A program made the translations under genes and the position numbers. A DNA stretch of 64,000 nt, from NCBI RefSeq assembly GCF_000143415.4, contig NW_003314289.1:566292-630291 (forward strand), given 5' to 3'. This stretch comes from Selaginella moellendorffii (taxonomy: Eukaryota > Plantae > Lycopodiophyta). Positions within the stretch are counted from its first letter, which is position 1. Every line of letters begins with the position of its first letter. Positions 24,681 through 36,823 of the stretch are shown piece after piece. The notes below the pieces were generated by a model. The model saw nothing but the letters and a program-made list of their open reading frames with translations, was not told the DNA's origin and did not search any database.

Positions 24681-27600
24681 TCAGACTGTTATTTTTTGCC
24701 TCCAACGCCTATACAATAATCTTGGAATTTCATCACTCTCCACACTATCAGGATTTAAACCCAATAGTAATGCCATCTCTTCTCTAATACGTCCACGCTC
24801 ATGTTCAGTGGTCGAAGAACCCATCCGGTTGAGCAGATTATGGAGATGCGGATAGTGCTTGGCTAGACAATATACATGCCATAAATGATGACTGGTGTCT
24901 GTCCGATCAAATGGCTTCTGATATACCGTTCCATCTGCCATTTGGTTGATTTCTGCAGCCACCTCCTGGACTGGCCGGTTCTCTATCACCATCGCTCCAA
25001 GCCGTTTTGCAAGGTCCCCCAGAACATACGGTTTCTTCTCCCTAGTTTCCATACTGCAAGAGATGGGGTGCACTGCATATGTGTGCGTGTTCGCTGCAGT
25101 TTTAATCGGCGAGTCATCGATGATGAGGATTTCACTTGAGCTAGCAGTCCGGTTCATCACTACAGCCTCTGGCTTGACGAAGATGGGCTTGCTACCCCTC
25201 ACATGGACCATAGTCAAGCAATCCTCCTGCGTTAGGAGAAAGTCAAATGGTAATATTACTCGCGTCTGATCGTGCATCATCTGTAGCAACGTTAATGCAT
25301 TGTGGCGCATCATGGATGTCCAAACTCCCAATTGCAAATTGAACCCGGCCCTCTGTTTTAAGTGTCGCATGGTCATTATTAGATCCCGCAGTTTCTCCCG
25401 TGTGATTAATGTGAATCTGTCTCTTTTGACCAACTTGCGACCGCAGGCTTTGGAGGGTGCAATGACATTCGAGGACGAGCCACGCTCATGGGAGAAAAGG
25501 ACACCGTTCAGATCAAAAACGATACAGTACCTTCGCCGTGACTCTGAAATGAAATGCGTCAGCATAAAAAATGGTACAAGTCAATTTTACCATCTACAAT
25601 ATTAGCGAATGTTGCTCCCAATGGTCGTTGAGAGGGTTTTGGTCGAGGAAACGTGAAGGGCGGAAATACTCTCCTCTGCAATGTGGGGTCAATCGCATCC
25701 GATGGCGTGTGGGCACATGCCATTTCAGCTGTAGACTCTGGTACAACTGGCTCAACAGTGGCATGGGGTGGTTCCGATGGCGTGTGATCACACGCCATTT
25801 CAGCTGGTGCCTCCGTTGGCAAAGTGGACATGACCGAACAAGCAGCAGGGGCGGTGTAGGGAGGTTCCAACGGCGCGTAGTCAGACGATTGGGCACACGT
25901 TGAGTCCATTGGAAATGAGGATACGACCGGCTCGGCGGCTGGGGCGGCCTCATGTGGGTCCAATGGCGCCTGGTCACCGTCAGTTGGATACGTGGACAAG
26001 ATTGACTCAGTGGTATGGGCAGCATCAAGTGGAGCGTGGTCAGCTTGCTTGGCGTTGATATGGATAGTAGCCTCCACCAGCTCTGATGACTCTTGCAGCC
26101 AAGTAGAGTCCACTGGCGGATCCATATGCATGTCCAAATATCTCCCTTCGATTGAGATGGTATCCTCCCGTGCTACTAAAAACAAACTCATTAGCACATT
26201 GAATCGACTATACTGTATTTACCATCAACTGCTATTGAGGAACTAGGACCGATATCACTTGAGCGCACTGCTGATTCTGAAGGATTGGACATACGTTTCG
26301 ACCCTTGCTTGGCACTATCCTTCCTCGACACTAAAGGCTAGAGTTTGTAAATTCAACTGAATAATCTCTACTTACCATTTGCTCTGCGACCTACATGGAC
26401 AATGTTAGAAATGGTAAAAGGTTAGGAATGGATGTATTATTATTTACCTGATGGTTTGTCTTGTATGACCTTCCTCCGCCGCTCTTTGGCCACCTCAGGC
26501 TGGCCATCGTCGTCATCATCGTCGTCGTCGTTATTGTGATCGTCACCATTGTGAGGACCATCCAAGTCCTCTTCGTCCTCCTCTTCTTTGTCCTCCTCTT
26601 CTTTGTCCTCCTCTTCGTCCTTCTGCTCTTCTTGCTCATTATCTTTCTCTGGCTCCTCATCCCCCTCCTGCATTTCTTCCATAGGCTGCTCAGGCTGGAT
26701 GGCTTGTTCTTCCAGGACCATCTTGGGAAAATCATCTGGCCGAGTCTCCATCTCAAAATACAAGACATCCATAGCTTGTTTTAGTGCGTGACCTAGGACC
26801 GTATCCTCACCCGACTGTCTTAACATGGTTTCTGCACGTTCTTGCACCCTTCGAAGACGACGAGATGAGAAAAACGTGGCCCTGCCTTGAAAAGCTTCCC
26901 TCATCCATTGTACCTCTCCATTGAGATTGGGGAAGGGGAGTCCGCCATAGGAATCTGAGTCATGAGGTGGTGACTGCCTGCTTTCACTCAGCCCTTGATC
27001 TGCAATGAATGGCATGAGCACACACGCCATAACCGCGAGGCATTACCTATCATCTTTTCGTTGCCCTTCTTCCTTTTCGAATCAAACACCTCTGATCTCG
27101 ACGACTGTCCAACGTGCTTTCGCTTTTTATGACCACTGTCAGTTTGAGCTTGGCTGGTGCTTGCCTGTTTTGCCTTTGAAGAAGTTTCTCCTGCAAGGAA
27201 TGGCATGAGACCACACGCCATTGCAAATATAATTTGTACCTCCTTTTTTCCTATTGCTTTTCTGTTTGTCCTTCTTCGATGCGCCACCAGTGCGCTTTTC
27301 AGTCCTCATGTCTAAATATTCACAACGATCTATAATCAAAATGGCGTGAGGCCTCACGTGACCTTACCTTGTGCAGGTTGTGAGCTCGGCCCAACATGGG
27401 TATCTTCAAAAGTAGCTGTTAACGCCGTTTCAGCATCTGGGGGTGGCCACGCTCCTGCATACAGAGCTTGTGAGATAACATTTAAACTTAAAGTGTGTAC
27501 TCACCAGGTTCGCAGAGAAGATACTGTTTTTCTTTGGCAACTGTAATTATATGCTCCATTGAAGTCATCTCTTCAATGGAGTTTGTCACCGCAACACAAG

Positions 27601-30303
27601 GGACACCCTTGAGTAGTGCGGCTCGAAAGAATAGTCCGCCGCAGTTGTACTCGACAACGCATTTGCCCTTGGAGTCGGAAGCAGATGACCCACCCGCTAT
27701 TGCGTTGAAGACCCAGCTGAGCATTTCCCATGCTGCACCTGGAGCTTTCTTTGGATTCGAAAGCTCCATAGCCGTCTTCAGTTCCTCAGGCACGGGTAAA
27801 TTGACCTCCCTCAGATCAATTCGATTGGCCTTGTCGAACGAAGCTGGGAAGTCACTCCAGTCCCACTCTGCTGCAGGACCAATAACAAGGGCGAGTGTGA
27901 AGATGCGGACATTCGTCGGTATCTTCTTCTTAGCCATTATCCCATGGATCTCCCGCATCTCCTTGCCTTTCAACCGAGCCTTCACCTCGTTCAAGGCCTT
28001 CCAGAACTTGTGATAGGATTCGGAGTCGTAGATCATATAGTGGACTGAAGATTCCACCTCCGCAAGTCCCACCATTAAGTCAATGATGGAGCTGACTTCG
28101 TCTGCATGAGTGATCTCCTCGTTTGTGAAGTCCATCACACAAAAGATGTTCTTGACCTGCTCATCTCCGCGGGAAACGATGCTCCTCCACCTTTGATCCT
28201 CATCCGAATTCAAGTATACCCGGTAAGGTTCTCGATAGGCCTCTGCTGCGGGGTCGAGCTGTTTCTGAAGCCGGCGGTCGACATCAATCTTAATGAAATT
28301 TGGATACTGATCCAACTTCTCAGCTTTACTTTTCGTGGCATCCCGCAGCAGATCGATGAACTTGGGGGCCCCCTTCACGTACTCGTCGATGTCTTCATTT
28401 GACAACTCCAGCGCTTCCATCATCTCTTGCGTGGTGTCGATGCTCACCCTCTCCACGGCCACTTGCTCGAAGATCCAATCCTTCAATAGCGCACGAGCTC
28501 TCAGAGTCGTGCACAAGTCCTCGTATGTCACAATATGGCCGGGAGTCATTTTGGTCTTGTTGAAGACAACCTCACCACGTAGAAGAGCATTAGCCACTGT
28601 CAGAAGGTCGTCATCGTCTAGAGACCGCGAGAAACGCAAGGCGTTGAGCTTCAAATCATTGGGCTTCCGGCCGTCCTCCACACCCATTGAGTTTGGCAAC
28701 TCCCCGTCATGGTACCTCCTCAGCACATCTACCCATTTGTCAAAAACAACTTTTGTCGCGAGTAGAATGTTATGGATGCTGAGTGTGTCATTGACCCCCA
28801 GTGTTTTCGAGAGAAGACTCGAGAATTCCTGCAATGGAAATGGCGTGAGGCCACATGCTATGCCACATGCAACGAGGCTTACCTGCCAGGCGCTAGTTGC
28901 TAGTGCACGTCCTTGTCCTGGTTTTTGTGGCTTCTTCAGTTGAACCCAGAGCTTCCGTGTTCGTGCCAATGTCTCGTGCAGACCCGATTTGTAGCATGTT
29001 TCTTGCTTGACATTCTGCGCGTGGGAGATGTATATGATAGATCGGAGGGGCGAGTTGCCTTTTATCAGGCGGACAACTCTTGTCTTGAAGACTTTCTTCA
29101 CCTCCTCGCCCACCATAATATCCACAACTATCTCTTGCATCGCCAAGCTAGAATGCTGCCCGGAGACGGCATAGAACCGGATGTTCTGATCGTCCAACAC
29201 CTTCCTATTGATCAAGTCTGGAAACCTCGTCTCGCCCTTCATTGTTCGGTAGTAGGGGATCACGTCTGCGATGTCGGGTGTTACTGGACTTGCCAGAACC
29301 TTCTGCTTCAGTTTCTCCACCCACTCATCAGATACTAGCCTGTGGTTGTATTTGCTTTGGATGTCGATACGGCTCACGTCGATTGTATATACATTGTTGG
29401 AATAGTAACAAGTACTATTATCTACGACGATTTTTGCTGCCTCTTCTTGCTCTTTCTGCTCTTTGCGGCTCTTCTTTTTGGTGGGTGTAGTGTTCGAACC
29501 CGAGGCAATGGCATCACTGAGTAGCTTCTTTTTTGGAGCAGGAGAGTCGGACGTCGGCTTGAGCTTGACCACCCTTTTCTGCTTTGAGGTAGTTTCCAGA
29601 TCGACCCCCTTCCCCTTTGCTTCGCGAACTGGAGTCACTCTCAACGGCTCAATGTTGGAATATAGTTTTTGAACATCGCCGTAGGTGAGGTCCGTGGATT
29701 CCATGTGATCTTCATAGACCCGCAGCGTCTTTGAAATTGTGGGCCTCCTGGACAACCTCTCCCTAGCTCCCTCTAGGAATTCCTCATAGCCGCTGCCCCC
29801 CTCCGGGAAGCCGCTAGGATGTGCAAGGTGGATCTTGAAGGCAGACGCTGTCTCTACCACAAGTGCCAGTCCATATTCTTGCATGGAACTGCATGGAGTG
29901 TCTGTCACTTGGATGAGGATCCCCATGCATTCTTTTCTCCCACCATCTGTGTTGTACAGCCTCAGATCCTCGCCTTCTATCCCGAAAGTCCAACTGGTGA
30001 GCTCCTCCCCCTTCTCTGCATCCACATTGACAGTGGCTGGAAGAAGAACGCAATTCCTCGCCTGTTCAGAAATGCACAACAATTAGAGCTGACAGATGAA
30101 AAGCTAGTAGCTGGAAATAACGTGAGGCCACACGCCATTCACCACTGCATCAGATGTCTTGAGGCTGCATCCTAAGATGGCGTGAGGCTACACGCCATCT
30201 GTAACCGGACTGCACTCGAGAGCCCAATCGGTGCATGCCAATGTTGCTACTGAATGGCATGTGGCCTCATGCCATTTTCTACTTGGCCTAAAAGACTTAC
30301 CAT
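24681..30303 (-). CDS. Predicted 11-exon, ~1,640-aa transposon cargo protein: ParB/Srx-like domain + degenerate DNA-MTase-like fold + acidic/Pro-rich linker + FCP1/NIF-like HAD domain
   Basis: ATG|GTAAGT at 30303 splices to 30061; in-frame 54-bp intron at 28829-28882; eight downstream phase-1 GT-AG introns keep the frame open to 24681. Motifs: IDVSRIDI..NHRLVS..FYAVSGQHSSLAM; NPKKAP..VVEYNCGGLFFRAALLKGVPCVAV; IVFDLNGVL, GVWTSM, IIDDSPIK. Confidence 0.7.
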
Positions 30304-30519
30304 TTGAAGCCGAATGGAGGCGTGACAACCGGACTCGCTGGCGAATGTGCACTGTGTGTGCAGCGGATTGTAGCAGCAAGGCTACTCTGCCACTTACAGT
30401 TGGAGAGTGGCGCTGAAATCTCCCGGGACGCCAAGTGGGCTGCGTGTGGGTGGCGGATTGGGCGGCGGAGTTGGCGGCGAAGTTACAAACTGGGTGTGTC
30501 TTGAAGTGGACGCCGATGC

Positions 30520-30675
30520 ACACGAGCGCGATGCGAGCGCGAGTGGACGCCGATGCACACGAGAAACCTGTAGAGAAGTGGGAGCGCGAGTGGGAGCGCG
30601 ATGCGAGCGCGAGTGGGAGCGCGATGCGAGCGCGAGTGGGAGCGCGATGCGAGCGCGAGTGTGCGAGCGCGAGTA
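30520..30675. repeat. CpG-rich tandem repeats (GCGAGCGCGAGTGGGAGCGCGAT-type)
   Basis: Repeated GAGCGCGA units upstream of the cargo gene. Confidence 0.85.
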
Positions 30676-31107
30676 CGAAGCAAAATGCAAAACCTAACCT
30701 CACACGCGCGAAATGTCACGACGGTTGGTAATCCCGCCACGTCATCATTTCTCGGACTTGGGCGCCACCATTAATTTCTGGATCGGCGCGCGCATGCGTG
30801 AAATCCAAAAGAAATCCGCAACGTCATCATTCCTCGGACTGCATGCACGCGAAATCCAAAAGAAAGATCATGATTGGGATATCATTTAATACCCTCGCTA
30901 TATTTATACCATGCATGATTGGATATTCCAAAGCATCTTGTATTTCCAAAAATGCCAGATGTTCAGCTAAATAAATTGTCAGAGGATTTGATGTGACGTT
31001 CAAGCATGTGGGCTCATGCAATTTTGATCCCAAAAAATGCACCAAAAAATGCTCGGCGTCATCTGGCGTTATCTCTTGAATGGCGTGGGGCCGCATGCCA
31101 TTTTCAG

Positions 31108-32945
31108 GAGCACATAGGAGTATATTCCTAGAATATTCTGACACGCGCGAGATTGTTTTGAGTTTCCTGGAGATCCAACCGTTAGATCGCAACTAGATTT
31201 TACAGAATGGTATACAATGTCCTTCTTGATGACCCTGCAAAGAAGCATCTCGATCGGACACCACATGAGACCACACGAGCCTTACAATGTTTCAGGGGCA
31301 TTTGCCATAGATCCGACCGTTATTTTGCTCCAAGATTCTACAGTTTGGTGTGCATTGACCTTTCCATCGACACTACAAAAGGACATCACAATCAGATGCG
31401 GGATCACAAGAAACCAACTTCACTAACTCTGGTTTCACCAAGATCTACGTAAGGAGTTATGAAATGAAAGGACCCTCTCTATTGAAATGTGTTTATGGTC
31501 CTAAGGGCATTGTGACATATCCAAGGATTTTGCATCAAGTTCTGTATTTGCATGTTTATCAAGCTACTGAATTGCTAAACCCTAAACCCTAAACCCTAAA
31601 CATGTGGCAAATGCTGCGTGAAGAAAGATGCCCTTTCTGGGCAAATGCTGTAAGAGGCAGATGCCGAGCAGATGTATCTCAGGCTAGTGAAGGGGACAAA
31701 GGAATGTAAGCAACCAAAGGAATGTAAGTAGGGCATGTGTTTGTAAGTTTAAAAATGCCTCAACCACTTAAATTCCCAAGTAAATAAAGCTGTTTCTATT
31801 TTTGGTACAGGTAAACTTTATAGCGTGTGGGCTCATGCAATTTTGAACCAAAAAATGCACCAAAAAATGCTCGACTAGCATTATTCTTTGAATGGCGTGT
31901 GGCCTTATATTGCCATAAATGACACAGCATAATTATTCCTTTACACGGCGAATAATCTTGGAGCACATAGGAGTATATTCCTAGAATATTCTGACACGCG
32001 CGAGATTGTTTTGAGTTTCCTGGAGATCCAACCGTTAGATCGCAACTAGATTTTACAGAATGGTATACAATGTCCTTCTTGATGACCCTGCAAAGAAGCA
32101 TCTCGATCGGACACCACATGAGACCACACGAGCCTTACAATGTTTCAGGGGCATTTGCCATAGATCCGACCGTTATTTTGCTCCAAGATTCTACAGTTTG
32201 GTGTGCATTGACCTTTCCATCGACACTGCAAAGGGACATCACAATCAGATGCGGGATCACAAGAAACCAACTTCACTAACTCTGGTTTCACCAAGATCTA
32301 CGTAAGGAGTTATGAAATGAAAGGACCCTCTCTATTGAAATGTGTTTATGGTCCTAAGGGCATTGTGACATATCCAAGGATTTTTCATCAAGTTCTGTAT
32401 TTGCATGTTTATCAAGCTACTGAATTGCTAAACCCTAAACCCTAAACCCTAACCCTAAACATGTGGCAAATGCTGCGTGAAGAAAGATGCCCTTTCTGGG
32501 CAAATGCTGTAAGAGGCAGATGCCGAGCAGATGTATCTCAGGCTAGCGAAGGGGACAAACGAAAGCTAGCTATAAACATGACGGGATGCAAATAGATTAC
32601 TAGGCTGGTCCTGCGAAAATCAAAAACCATAATTGAAAACATTGAAAATGCAAAAAGAAAGGTTTATAATATTTTTGAATTTTAAGCAACCAAAGGAATG
32701 TAAGTAGGGCATGTGTTTGTAAGTTTAAAAATGCCTCAGCCATATAAATTCCCAAGTAAATAAAGCTGTTTCTATTTTTGGTACAGGTAAACTTTATAGC
32801 GTGTGGGCTCATGCAATTTTGAACCCAAAAATGCACCAAAAGATGCTCGACTAGCATTATTCTTTGAATGGCATGTGGCATTATATTGCCATAAATGGAC
32901 GTACACACACAGCATAATTATTCCTTTACACGGCGAATAATCTTG
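31108..32945. repeat. Near-identical tandem duplication (units 31108-31960 and 31961-32945), each with a (CCCTAAA)n tract
   Basis: GAGCACATAGGAGTATATTCC starts both units, 853 bp apart; telomere-type tracts at 31575-31600 and 32428-32459; the ORF track shows duplicate peptides. Confidence 0.92.
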
Positions 32946-33269
32946 GCGCGGATCGCTGACATGGCATGGCAAAGTTCGAATCACTGACATGGCACAGCTG
33001 GATCGAGGCAAGGACATGATGTGACAAAGTTCAACCTCCGACAGCAAAGTCTAGAAGCTACTCAGTTTGAAATTTGTCAGAGGAATCATAAGATCTGGTT
33101 TGTCAGAGGATTTGATATGACGTTCAAGCGTGTGTTATTTTTGAATTCTCGAACTCATTCCTAGGTCTATCATTTTTGTGCGCCGTGTTCTTGGTTCCGC
33201 TGAGCGCAGTGAGCGCTGCTTGTGTAAGCGGCGTTGTGAGCTGTGGTTTATGCGTCTACAAGCGGTTGC

Positions 33270-33390
33270 GGCATTGCGAGCGCCATTGCGAGCGGCAGTT
33301 TATGCGAGTGGCAGTTTGTGCGAGCGGCGCTACGAGCAGTTGCGGTGTTGCGAGCGGCGCTACGAGTAGTTGCGGTGTTGCGAGCGGCAC
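33270..33390. repeat. CpG-rich repeats (TTGCGAGCGGC core, ~30-bp unit) upstream of the transposase
   Basis: GCGAGCGGCGCTACGAG(C/T)AGTTGCGGTGTT repeated. Confidence 0.8.
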
Positions 33391-33754
33391 TGTCTTTGGT
33401 GTGGCTACCGCTTCCTCTTGATATTCGGCACTTGTGCTTCCTGGTATGTTCACCATGGAATGGTTTAGGACCACATTTAGAAATGGCATGAGGCCACATG
33501 CCATCTTGGGCCCTTGCAATTTCATGGCTAGCGTATTGTCATGTATGTTTTTACTTGCCTGCAGCTGTGTGTATATCAAGATGGCATGAGGCCTCATGCC
33601 AATTTTGTGAATGCGAAATTTCATGTGGGTGTCAATAGCATGTTTGAATAATGGCATGTGGCCTCATGCTATTGAGGTTGTTTGGTATGTTATGATTTAG
33701 GCCATTCTCCAATCATTTTTTGTATGGTCTTAACTTCTTTTCTGCACTTTCAGA

Positions 33755-36700
33755 ATGGCCTTCAGGGTTGGGGAAAAGGTTTACATTTTGAATGGTGGGA
33801 AGAGAGTTGCAAAAGGGACCCTTGTGTCTATGGATCGGAACTTTGTTATACACTGTCAAAGGCTTGGGGAAGGCAATGCTGCTGTATCAGTAGAGACTGT
33901 CTTCGATGGGAATGTGGTCGCTATTGAACGAGGAGAGATGGTCGTCGGGGTAAATGTTGTTGTTGCCTTGAAAAATCTTCAGAAGAAAGCAGATGTTGGG
34001 GACAGCGCAAGTGCGACGCATGTTCCCTCCGTGGATCTTAAGAACCGTGCTACATGGATTCAGGCAAAGGTGTTTCTAAACAACCCCGAGGGGGAGGTGG
34101 TAGCTGAGGGCTTAGCCACAGTTGTCGATCCAAGAGATGCGGTTGCTAATCAAGAATTGGGCTGGGATGATATTGGAGTTGCAATTTTAGAGGTTGTTGA
34201 CACAGAAGAAAACAGTCTGACTATTGGAAGCATTGTGCGGTGGAAATGGAGGCACTTAGTGTTTGAGAATGTGAAGGATTCACAATCAAACACCACTACA
34301 ACTGATGACAGAAAATCTCTTCATGGGAAAAGAAAGTACACTTTCCTAAAGCGCAGNNNNNNNNNNNNNNNNNNNNNNNNNNNNNNNNNNNNNNNNNNNN
34401 NNNNNNNNNNNNNNNNNNNNNNNNNNNNNNNNNNNNNNNNNNNNNNNNNNNNNNNNNNNNNNNNNNNNNNNNNNNNNNNNNNNNNNNNNNNNNNNNNNNN
34501 NNNNNNNNNNNNNNNNNNNNNNNNNNNNNNNNNNNNNNNNNNNNNNNNNNNNNNNNNNNNNNNNNNNNNNNNNNNNNNNNNNNNNNNNNNNNNNNNNNNN
34601 NNNNNNNNNNNNNNNNNNNNNNNNNNNNNNNNNNNNNNNNNNNNNACCACATTCTACAGAATCAAAACTGAGTTCGAGGAACAAAGGGTTCAACAGGCAG
34701 TCCATGGGAACGACGGTACGCACAAAACCAGGGGTCATGTTGTATATGGAGAGGCAATCTTCAAGAGGTTTGTCGAGACATGTAGCGAGCAGCAACCACA
34801 TAAAACCCGCCTCTTGGAAGATGGAACACGAGACACCCAACGAGTTCTCCCTTCCATGTATACCAAGGGGGCCATATTGGAAGATGTGAATCGGGAACTC
34901 CAGAGTAATGGCTACAGGAAGCTGAGCCAATCTAGATTTAGTAGATTGTGGAGCAACAGGTTCAGGGATGTGAGTATAGGAAAGTACTCCAGCTTTTCAA
35001 AGTGTGACGAGTGCACTGCTATCAAAATGGCTTTGTCGAAGAATTCTTGCAGCGCTCAAGAGTGAGAGACGTTGGTTAGAAGGCGGCTCGACCACAACAT
35101 CGAGCAGAGAAGCTGCAGGACTGCATATTATCATAACAGGATTCTCTCCATGGAGAGACCTGACTCTTACCTCTGCATCATCCACGACAAAATGGATCAG
35201 AAAAAGACGTGCTTACCTCGACTCAATCCTGCCCCCAAGGCAATCTCTTCATCCATGCAGCTGCCTGTGTCTCTGTTTGGCATAATCGCTCATGGGCATG
35301 GTGCCCAGAACTATGGGAACTTCTTTGTGCCTCTATGGGGTGGCGGGGGTGCAAACATGATGATTGCGTCCTTAGCAAAACACTTAAGGTCTCTGCAAAG
35401 TGCGCAGACTGAGCTGAACGGCCAACCCTTGCATAAGGCCCTTGTCGATCGAACCCCATACAGGGTTCAGCTGGAGGAGGAGCAAAGGCTTGCAGTATCG
35501 CGTGGGGCCCCATACCATCCCAGTGAATATGTTGGCCGTCAGATTGTAGGGTTATCACGTGAGGCCTCATGCCATTACGACGAGGCTGGTCGCCCGGTGA
35601 ATGCACAGCCTCATCCAAACGAAGCAGAATCTCAAGGAAGTTCTTGCGGCCGATGTGGCCTTCCACCCCATCTTCTGCTCCAAACAGACAATGCTGGCAG
35701 TGAGAACAAAAACATGTACGTCTTCGCGTACTTGGCGATGCTTGTTGCCAAAGGCATATTTGAAACGGTTACACTTGGCTTTCTCATGGTTGGGCACACT
35801 CATGAAGACGTCGATGCCATGTTCAGTCACCTGGCAGAGTCCCTCCGGCGATCCAATGTCCTCACCCTCCCACAACTCTACGATGAATTCCAAAATTGCA
35901 TCAAAGGCACTGTTGAAGCTGCACTTGTGACAGAGGTTCCAGACTTTAAGGGGTTTGTAAGAGGCTACATCAGGGACGGATCCGAAACGCTGATTGGCCA
36001 CTCCAAGCCTCTTCAGTTTCATTTCAGCATGCGTGACGGTGCTCCAGTGATGAGGTACAAGATGAGAGAATGGGACACAGTGTGGCTGCCAGTGGATGGC
36101 ATTGAACTCTTCAAGAGAGATCCCATAATTGGGGAACCTATGATTCCTCAGGGTTCCCCACGGCCGATGCACCCGGATGGACTCAAAGACCAGGAAAGTA
36201 TAGTGGCCGGGATTAGACAGCATATTGCCTTCTGGAAGAGGGGGTTGGTGTTTGGTGGAGAATCCTATTTTAAGAGGTGCAAGCCTTTGCTCGAATACTG
36301 GGAGAAGATTATATCTGCTATCCAAAATGGGCCGGTTGTATATGAAGAATTGGAAGAGTCCTTTTGGCCAGAACCCAGAGCACCAGATAGTAGCGGAACA
36401 ATGTCCTCTGGAAATGCAGTGACAGATAACGATGTTGAGGATCACTATTGTGGGCCGAGGAACAAGAAGCCGGATTCAGCATTCAATCCAGTACAGGTCT
36501 GCAAAGGAATGGTCGTGCTTGTCAGACCCAGTAATAAAAAACAAATGATATGGGTGGGGCGCTGCATCACTGATGCAGAGGAGGACGCGGAAACTAACTC
36601 CTTCAATGTAACTGTGGAGTGGTTCAAGCCAAGTTCCGGATATACGAAGGATTGCCTAGAAAAGAGATGGGTGCTGAATCCAAGGGATCCCAGCATGAGC

Positions 36701-36823
36701 ATATCGGTGGATAATGTTGTGCATGGTTGGATGCGGAAGCAGAGTGCCACCATCACCTTGCCAGACCATGCAAGAGATGCAGCAAGAGCATTCATAACCT
36801 GGGTTCAAGGTGAGATTCATTAA
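33755..36823 (+). CDS. Sola1-like DDD transposase with one in-frame TGA (35063-35065) and an N gap (34356-34645)
   Basis: FSKCDECTAIK, IIHDKMDQKKTCLP, LLLQTDNAGSENKN, FLMVGHTHEDVDAMFS; ORFs 33755-35065 and 35072-36823 share a frame. Confidence 0.8.

Noticed and set aside
24681-25565. Stand-alone captured FCP1-like phosphatase gene
   Set aside because: A phase-compatible GT-AG intron links it to the upstream exon and the listed start lies in that intron, so it is treated as the last exon of the cargo gene
30188-30740. Multiple overlapping ORFs
   Set aside because: Artefacts of GC-rich tandem repeats in the leader/promoter region
31575-32459. True telomere or chromosome fusion site
   Set aside because: Only 3-4 repeats per tract, internal to a transposon duplication
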